64,000 nt of DNA from Octopus vulgaris. Lineage: Eukaryota. The position numbers were made by a program, and so were the translations under genes. Shown here piece by piece: positions 53,965 through 64,000 of this stretch; position 1 is the stretch's first letter, and every line of letters starts with the position of its first letter. A model generated the notes under the pieces. The model was not told the origin of the DNA and searched no databases. It saw nothing but the letters and a program-made list of their open reading frames with translations. The DNA lies in assembly GCA_951406725.2 (NCBI GenBank), contig OX597820.1, forward strand, positions 57,102,001 to 57,166,000. Direction: 5' to 3'.

Positions 53965-54825
53965 GGACACAATATACACAAAGTAGTCTAAGAATCAAAA
54001 AATGATCTAACAATCAAATGTCTAGCACACTAATCACTAACCACATACCTTAAGGTCTGTTTTGATTTTTAAGATTCATGGGGCCACAGCTTAAACTGGT
54101 TTCGATGGTGTATAAGTGACTGAGATTACAACACTCCCCACTGAATAGGATGCTAGACCCTCACAAAGTTAACTTCCCAACCATTGTTGGAACTCATTTA
54201 CAGCTGAGTGGACCGAAGCACTGTGAAATGAAGTGTTTTGCTCAGAGTGGTTGGCATTAGGAAGGGCATCCAGTTGTAGGAAATTGTGCCAAATCAGACT
54301 GGAATCTGGTGCAGCCTTCTAGTTTACCAGCCCTGATCAAACCAACCATCTCATGCCAGCATAGACAATGGACATTAAATGATGATGATGATGAATGCCA
54401 AGCACTGCCTGGTCATCAACTTCATCATCATTATCATCATTATCATCATTTAATGTCCATTTTCCATGCTGGCATGGGTTGAACACTTTGACAGAAGCTG
54501 GCCAGCCAGGGAGCTGTCCAGATGTCAATTGTCTTTTGTCGTATGGTTTCCACAGCTGGATACCGTTCTTAGCATTAACTATTCTACAGAGTGTGCTGGG
54601 TACTTTTCACATGCCACTGGCATTGTGTGTCTACCCAACACTGGCACAAGTGCCTCTTATGTGGCATTGGCACCTCTAAAGGGCAAGCCCGCTTGTATTG
54701 ATGACAGCAGTTTTACTTAGGTTGATGCGTCTTCGCAAGTCCAGGAATTGAAATCACAATTTTATTATCACAAGGGCAACACACTAACCACTAATCCTAT
54801 TCCTTCACTAACCACATGCTTTCAC

Positions 54826-55525
54826 TCCATAGTCATTAAATGCTCCTGGTAGACAGAGAGAGATGGTAGCATCAATAATGGTATCTGTTTTACTTCTTGC
54901 TATTCACTAAAGATCTGTATTTTCATACAAGAAGCCAAAAATTTTTAACACAGAATGATGCATTGTGCCAATATTCTCTCATTTGTACACTGGTAGAAGT
55001 CAGAGAACGGCCAAGAGGGGAAACAATTCTCTCAGAAAGTTCAGATGCCGCCAGTAATTTATTTTCATCAGGTAACCAAATGTTTCTAAACCATGATAGG
55101 TCATCTATGATGTGGTTGCCAAAGAATTTGAAATATGTAGACCTTTTACACCTATCTCTAATTGAAATGGAAGTAAAATGTTGGCCATAACATGTCATCC
55201 TCCTGTAATTTAAAATATTCCCTTTAGTCTTTTCAATAATAATTCTCAGCACACCAAATTTTAATACTATCTCTTCAAACACAGATTTATAACTATTGTG
55301 GTATCGTTGGCTGGTTCCATGTTTATTAAGTGAAGCTATGAATAGAAAGTCATATGAAAATTAAATTGTATAAAATTTTTAGCAGACATTGTCATTTATT
55401 AATCCAACTTCTTCAGGTAAGAGAAATGGTTTGCCATCCAGCAGAAATGATGCCTGTCTTTTGGTTAACAAATCCAATTCTATATTGAAATATAGAGGTT
55501 GTATATATTGATTCATAACAGGGTC
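54826..55525 (-). pseudogene. Decayed coding island, probably a C-terminal portion of the endogenised viral L gene
   Basis: One frame runs 200 codons (55525 to 54923) with only two internal stops: [68 protein letters not shown]...DDLSWFRNIWLPDENKLLAASELSERIVSPLGRSL...FWLLV*. No repeat similarity; same strand as, and downstream of, the RdRp motifs. Confidence 0.5.
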
Positions 55526-55624
55526 TCTTTTTCATATTGACGCCTATACATATCGATTCATATATAAATATATATACTGGTTTGTATTGAAGCCTAAATA
55601 TATATATACATATAAATATCTATG

Positions 55625-55708
<84 letters not shown>

Positions 55709-56035
55709 CGATTCATTGAAGTCTATACATATTGCTTCACTGATTCTTATACATATTGATTTATTAATGCCTCTGAATATTGATTCATATATGTTTATTT
55801 AATTTTTCAAATTTTCGCACAAGGCCAGTAGTTTCCTGAGAGTGGATAAGTCAATTACATCAGCCCCAGTGTGTGACTGGTACTTATTTCATCAACCCTG
55901 AAAGAATGAAAGGCAAAGTTGATCTCTGTGGAACTCAGAATGTAAAAGGGAGTTCATGTAATTGACTAACTCCTCCCCCAAATTTTCAGGTTTTCTACCT
56001 CTAATAATGATAATAATAATAAGAGTAAGAATAAC

Positions 56036-56081
<46 letters not shown>

Positions 56082-56337
56082 GTTATTATTCGCGAGCTGG
56101 TTGAAGCATTAGCAGGCCAGGCAAAAATGCCTAACAGTTTTTCACCTGTCTTTATGTTCTGGGTTCAAATTCCACCAAGGTCGACTTTGCCTTTCTCTCT
56201 TTTGGGGGTTCATGAAATAAGTATCAGCTACATACTGGGATCAAGGTAATCAAATAGTCCCTTCCAAAGTTTCAGGTCTTGTGCCTATAGTAGAAAGGAT
56301 TATTATTATTGTTGTTGTTGTTGATATTGTTATTATT

Positions 56338-56770
56338 GAGTGAGAGAGCAGTGCATGCCATCAAAGTGACACGAAGTCCAGTATACTCATTATGACTACC
56401 CATCTGATAAGGGTACACCAGGCACATGCATCACAACCATATATGCATGACATGGTGATCTCATATCAAGATAAGGAGCACATGACCTTGCAGGTGGGGC
56501 CCAGTTAGAATTTTCTTCTGGTCGAGTAACCCATCCTGCTCAAATGGTTCCGGAATAAGGGTTGCTTAAGGATGTTGAACGAAACCCCCATGTTTCCAGA
56601 GGTGAATTATTCAAATCCCAAAGAATCCCTCTCAACACATGGCTATGATGCTCCCCCACTACTTATGCTCATGATCAGAGATGCACATATCGTCGCCACT
56701 AAGGCAGATGCTCAACTGGTTAAGGTCAAACAACTGACAAGCAAATCTGTAGTATTGAGCAGAATATTAT
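56338..56770 (-). mobile_element. Unclassified retroposon 3' part with (AAT)n tail
   Basis: The terminus GAGTGAGAGAGCAG.GCATGCCATCAAAGTGACAC next to a TTA-rich tract recurs at 23721-23756. Confidence 0.55.
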
Positions 56771-58216
56771 GATTATTATTATTATCATTATTATTACTAC
56801 TACTATTATTATTATTATTATTATTATCTAGTCATTTCCTTGTTTAGCTGTTTAATACCCCTAGCTTATAGTTTTACTGTACTGTGTTTAAGGTTGTCAC
56901 TGATTTTTATGAGGTTGACTATATCTGATGAATAACTTATGCGTACTATTTTTCCATGTTGACTTGTCGGATATTTTATTTCGATATAGACACAAGCTTT
57001 GCAACCATGTGGTTTGTAGTCAGTCCCACTGTGTAATGCCTTATGCAAGTGTCTTCACCATTTGTCCTGGGCCGATGAGTAGATTGCAAGAGTTCAGCTT
57101 TACATTTCTTCCCCATGAGAACCAGACGCAAATTTGACTTCAGTGGGGTTTAAACTAAAGACGTAGAAAAGCTGAATAAAGATCATAAGATATATTGTGC
57201 AATAACTCTAAAGCCAAATGCAGCTGTTAATAATAAAATTCCATAAAAATGAGAGACATAAAAAAGAAATGTTTAAAAATTTATTCAGATCCAAAGTATA
57301 GATATATTCAATATCACTTACTGAAATCAAATTAACATTGGAAATAGGAAGATTATTACTTGTATCAAACGTTACATCAGTTTCCGACATGTTGGCTACA
57401 TGCTTCTAATAACAAGCTAAAAGGCAGAGTTAAGTCATATTGAGCCACCATCAAGAGATAAATCAGAAAGAATTCTTTGGTGGTTTATGGTGCTTATACT
57501 AAGATATATACATTGGTTAGTGAAGGAAAGAAAACTGAGGAGAAGTTGGGAAAAAATTATGAAATCTGCTACAGTTTGTTTGAATTATAAATAGCTTTAC
57601 AAAAAAATTTAAATATTTTGAATTGATAAATCTTTTATCTTTTACTTGTTTCAATCATCGGACTGCAGCCATGGTAGGGCAATGCCTTGAAGAGTTTAGT
57701 TAAACAAATGACCACCCAACACTGTACTTAATTTTAAGTCTCATACATATTTCATCAGTCTCTTTTGTTGAACTACTAGATAGCAGGATGAAAGCAGACC
57801 AACACTAGCTGCTAAGTGGGTGGGAGGCAAAAGACAAAGAGACGCATACACACAGGTGTGTATGTGTCTTTGTCTTTTATCATCATCATCATCATCATTA
57901 TCATTTAACATCTGCTTTCCATGCTGGCATGGGTTGGGCGGTTTGACCGAGGACTGGTGAACCAGAAGGCTGCACCAGGCTGCATTCTGATCTGGCAAAG
58001 TTTCTACAGTCAGATGCCCTTCCTAATGCTAACTACACCAAGCGTGTAGTGGGTGCTTTTATGTGTCACCGGCACAAGGGCAAGTCAGGTGGTACTGGCT
58101 TCAGCCACACTCTAATGGTGCTTTTTACGTGCCATCTGCTCAGGATCCAGTCTGGCAACACTGGTAATGACCACACTCGAATAGTGCTTTATTATGTGCG
58201 ACTAACATGAGAGTAG

Positions 58217-58418
58217 GTAAGGCCAAAATAATGTGAAATAAATGCAAGGTAAATCACAAGAAAACAGATATATGAATTAATGTAGGCTTAACTTGTATTC
58301 AATATTTTGGGGTTATAACCCCATTTTCTGAAATATTGAATAGAAGATGAGTCTACATTAACTCACATATTTTTCTTGTGATATACCTTGCATTTACTTT
58401 GCATTGTTTTGGCCTTAC
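58217..58418. mobile_element. ~200-bp foldback (palindromic) element
   Basis: GTAAGGCCAAAATAATGTGAAATAAATGCAAGGTAAATCACAAGAAAA... vs ...TTTTCTTGTGATATACCTTGCATTTACTTTGCATTGTTTTGGCCTTAC; central GGGGTTATAACCCC. Confidence 0.85.
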
Positions 58419-58474
58419 TCACAATCCTTTGAACAATATATTCTTCAAAATGCTTCATAGTAATTATTCTATTA

Positions 58475-58477
<3 letters not shown>

Positions 58478-58519
<42 letters not shown>

Positions 58520-59026
58520 TATCATATATATATATATATATATATATATCATATCATATCATATATATATATATATTATATATACATATATATATTATAT
58601 ATATATGTATTGCATATGTATATATATATATATATGTATTATATATATTATATATATGTATTGCATATGTATATATATATATATGTATTATGTATATTAT
58701 ATATATATGTATACATATGATATATATATATAATATACATATATATATTTATTATGCATATATATATATTTATTATATATATATATTTATATATATATAT
58801 TAGGTATATATATATATTATATATGTATATATATATTATATATATATGTAATAAATATATATATATGTATATATATAATATATATATGTATATATATAAT
58901 ATATATATAATATATATATAATATATATATATAAATTATGTGTATATACATATTTTGTATATATTATGTATATATATATATTATGTATATATATTATGTA
59001 TATATATATATATATATATTATGTAT

Positions 59027-59063
<37 letters not shown>

Positions 59064-59090
59064 TGTATGTATATTATATATATATATAGA
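58478..59090. repeat. Degenerate (AT)n tract
   Basis: Direct inspection. Confidence 0.95.
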
Positions 59091-59183
59091 GAGAGTGTGT
59101 TAAATTGTAAGGCACAAAATGAAAATGACTCTCCCCAGACACAACAGATTATGTATGTATATATATATTTAGTTATTTATTTA

Positions 59184-59241
<58 letters not shown>

Positions 59242-59508
59242 TTATATAAGACATAGACACATGTGCTGGTGGCACATGAAAAGCACCATACAAGTGCGGT
59301 TGATGCCAGTACCACCTACTGGCTCTCATGCCGGTCGCACTTAAAAAGCACCCACTACACTCTCGGAGTGCTTGGCGTTAGGAAGGGTATCCAACTGTAG
59401 AAACCTTGCCAGATCAGATCAGAACCTAGTACAGCCTTCTGGCTTGCCAGTCCTCAGTCAAACCGTCCAACCCAAGCCATTAAAGGACGATGATGATGAT
59501 ACTGATTA

Positions 59509-59560
<52 letters not shown>

Positions 59561-60040
59561 TTATATACATGTAGACTCTATATATAGATGTAGACTGTAT
59601 ACATGCTGTACGTATATGTACACATACATACATATGCAAGCACAAATATCGTAGTATTGGATCTCATGTCATTTGACAATGAAGGTTTAGTTTGATCCAC
59701 TGAATTAACATGTAAGTGGCTGAGCATTTCACCAGCACATATACCCTTACTGTAATTCTCAAGCAGAATTTGCTTGGCATCATATGACAAAGCTATATAT
59801 TTTGACAAGCATAATCCATACAACAAGCTTCTATACAGTTTCCATTTAATATGTAGTTCCAGCAACTATTATGCCGACCATTCTAACAGTATATACGCTT
59901 CTAGAGCAGTATTTTACTGAATTAAGCTTTCTCTTGCAAGTACCTAGCAGCTATATTGAGCTTACTGAAGATCCCTTTGTAAGGATTATTAGAACATAAA
60001 CACACTCATGCACACACACACAATCACACACACACACATG

Positions 60041-60423
60041 TGGAAGCACTCCGTCGGTTATGACGACGAGGGTTCCGGTTGATCCGATCAACGGAACAGC
60101 CTGCTCGTGAAATTGACGTGTAAGTGGCTGAGCACTCCACAGACACGTGTACCCTTAACGTAGTTCTCGGGGATATTCAGCGTGACACAGAGAGTGACAA
60201 GGCCGGCCCTTTGAAATACAGGTACAACAGAAACAGGAAGTAAGAGTGAGAGAAAGTTGTGGGGAAAGAGTACAGCAGGGATCACCACCATCCCTGCCGG
60301 AGCCTCGTGGAGCTTTTAGGTGCTTTCACTCAATAAACACTCACAACGCCTGGTCTGGGAATCGAAACCGCGATCCTACGACCGCGAGTCCGCTGCCCTA
60401 ACAACTGGGCCATTGCGCCTCCA
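60041..60423 (-). mobile_element. SINE family D, apparently young full-length copy (CpG-rich, tRNA-derived head)
   Basis: Head TGGAGGCGCAATGGCCCAGTTGTTAGGGCAGCGGACTCGCGGTCGTAGGATCGCGGTTTCGATTCCC has A/B-box-like motifs; CpGs are retained; (CA)n tail. Partial relatives at 9600-9895, 48735-49060 and 50850-51160. Confidence 0.85.
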
Positions 60424-61919
60424 CTACACACACACACTAATGTATACATTCAGACACTTAGGAACATACTGTACCACCTTACTTTCTAAATATGTTTGGA
60501 GTTTAAAGAACAATAATATTAACAATCATAAAACATTGCTGGTTTATTATCCTGCTTTAATCGCTCCAGATGGAATCATTTTTGTCTCTCAGAGAAAAAT
60601 AATATTCTTATTGTGAGGTAATTTTTAGTAAATATTGGAATTGATAAACTTTTATAGACACTTCTAACACTATTTTGGAAAAAATTTCCAATTTCCATTT
60701 ACTAACTGGCTAAAACAGTTTATTTCCCACTTAATAGATTTACTATATCCTGAAAGATGGCCAAAAAAATATATGTACATTAAGTTATTTATTATCAGTA
60801 AAACATCATTAACAATAGTCAGCTTCATGTGTATTGCATTTTATTGTGTTGGAGTATGAAATATCACATATTCTGTATCTGAAATTGAATAACTGAATGT
60901 ATGACAGGTTTTTCTGATGGTTACTCAGTACTAAACAGATCACCATATACTGTTGGCTATCCATATTTTGATGTGTCTGCAATTATTTTTGAATTTGCTT
61001 ATGCATATGTGTGTGTGTGTGCGTGTGTGTGTGCGTGTGCGTGCATTTCTTTTTGTCTATCTGCCTGTGTTTCTGTCTATCTATCAATCCGTCTGTCTAT
61101 CTACCAGTCCTTGACTCTCTCGTCGCTGACACATGATGAAGGGGAATCTATCTTTCTGTCCTAAAGACAAGATGTGCTTATACCTGTCTCCTCTCATAGC
61201 TAGTCCTCCTAGCGTTCAAAATAATTTTTCTGTCGTCTTGACTTAACAGCCCTCACCGTTTGTTTTTACTGTTTTGTTCTCACTGTCCTGTTCTTGTCAC
61301 CACTTTCACCCTCTGCAAAACATCCCAAATTTTATTTAATTCGCTTTGCAGGAAGGACTGTTTCAATGAAGTCGCGTATTATCCATGCCTTCGAAATGCA
61401 GAGTAGATGAAACAGGGACAACTGATGAAGGGGAATATTCTTTATGTTGCATGTCTCTTTTCTGTTTGCTTTTTATGTTGTTTGAAAAAAGTTTGTTTTC
61501 TATGTTTTTGTTTTTATGTTTTCGTTTCTCATTGTGTTTTGTTGTCCTGTACCCATATATGCATGTATATATACATGTATATGTAGGTATGTGCATATAT
61601 GTATGTATATATGCAAATATTTATATATCATCCTCATCATTGTTTAACGTCCGTTTTTCCATGCTAGCATGGGATGGATGGTTTGACCGGGGTCTGGGAA
61701 GCCAGGAGGCTGCACCAGGCTCCAGTCTGATCTGGCAGTGTTTCTACAGCTGGATGCCCTTCCTAACGGCAAACACTCCATGAGTGTAGTGGGTACTTTT
61801 TACGTTCCACTGCCACAGAGGCCAGAGGAGGCTGGCAAACGGCCACATTGGGACGGTGCTTTTAGCATGTCGCCGGCACGGGAATGCCATGCATCCTTTT
61901 CCAAGTAAGTTTTATCTTT

Positions 61920-61983
<64 letters not shown>

Positions 61984-61984
61984 T

Positions 61985-64000
<2,016 letters not shown>

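Noticed and set aside
54990-55090. DENKLLAASELSERIVSPLG as the N-terminal PA-like region of L
   Set aside because: The resemblance is superficial, and its position downstream of the RdRp motifs on the same strand argues against it unless the locus is rearranged.
60960-60986. IIADTSKYG as a second RdRp motif A (cf. arenavirus DHSKWGP)
   Set aside because: It lacks the W, is followed by a stop, and lies downstream of the better motif A and motif B matches; probably coincidental.
61120-61434. ATGATGAAGGGG (~61133) and CGAAAT...CTGATGAAGGGG (61392-61433) as hammerheads
   Set aside because: Core half-motifs are present, but I could not build convincing stems I and III; too degenerate without a family consensus.

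Overview
Eukaryotic, AT-rich, extremely repeat-dense DNA. The SINE repertoire and microsatellite load suggest an octopus or other coleoid cephalopod genome (inference). I see no intact host gene; almost all ORFs in the track are microsatellite artefacts. The window holds four recurring SINE/LINE-tail families, decayed RTE and CR1/L2-group LINE ends, a near full-length decayed Tc1/mariner (maT-like) element, several MITEs and foldback elements, and long di-, tri- and tetranucleotide tracts. Two things stand out. (1) On the minus strand at about 54.8-64.0 kb, non-repetitive islands between the repeats translate into collinear, decayed fragments resembling a bunyavirus-like L protein (RdRp motifs F, A and B in the right order), a candidate endogenous viral element that probably continues past the window end. 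(2) At least five dispersed short elements carry minimal type-I hammerhead-ribozyme-like motifs with palindromic stem III, as in Penelope-like elements. Three show a compensated U3-A8 core, and two sit in inverted-repeat or palindromic structures. All homology calls come from manual translation and recalled motifs, not database searches.
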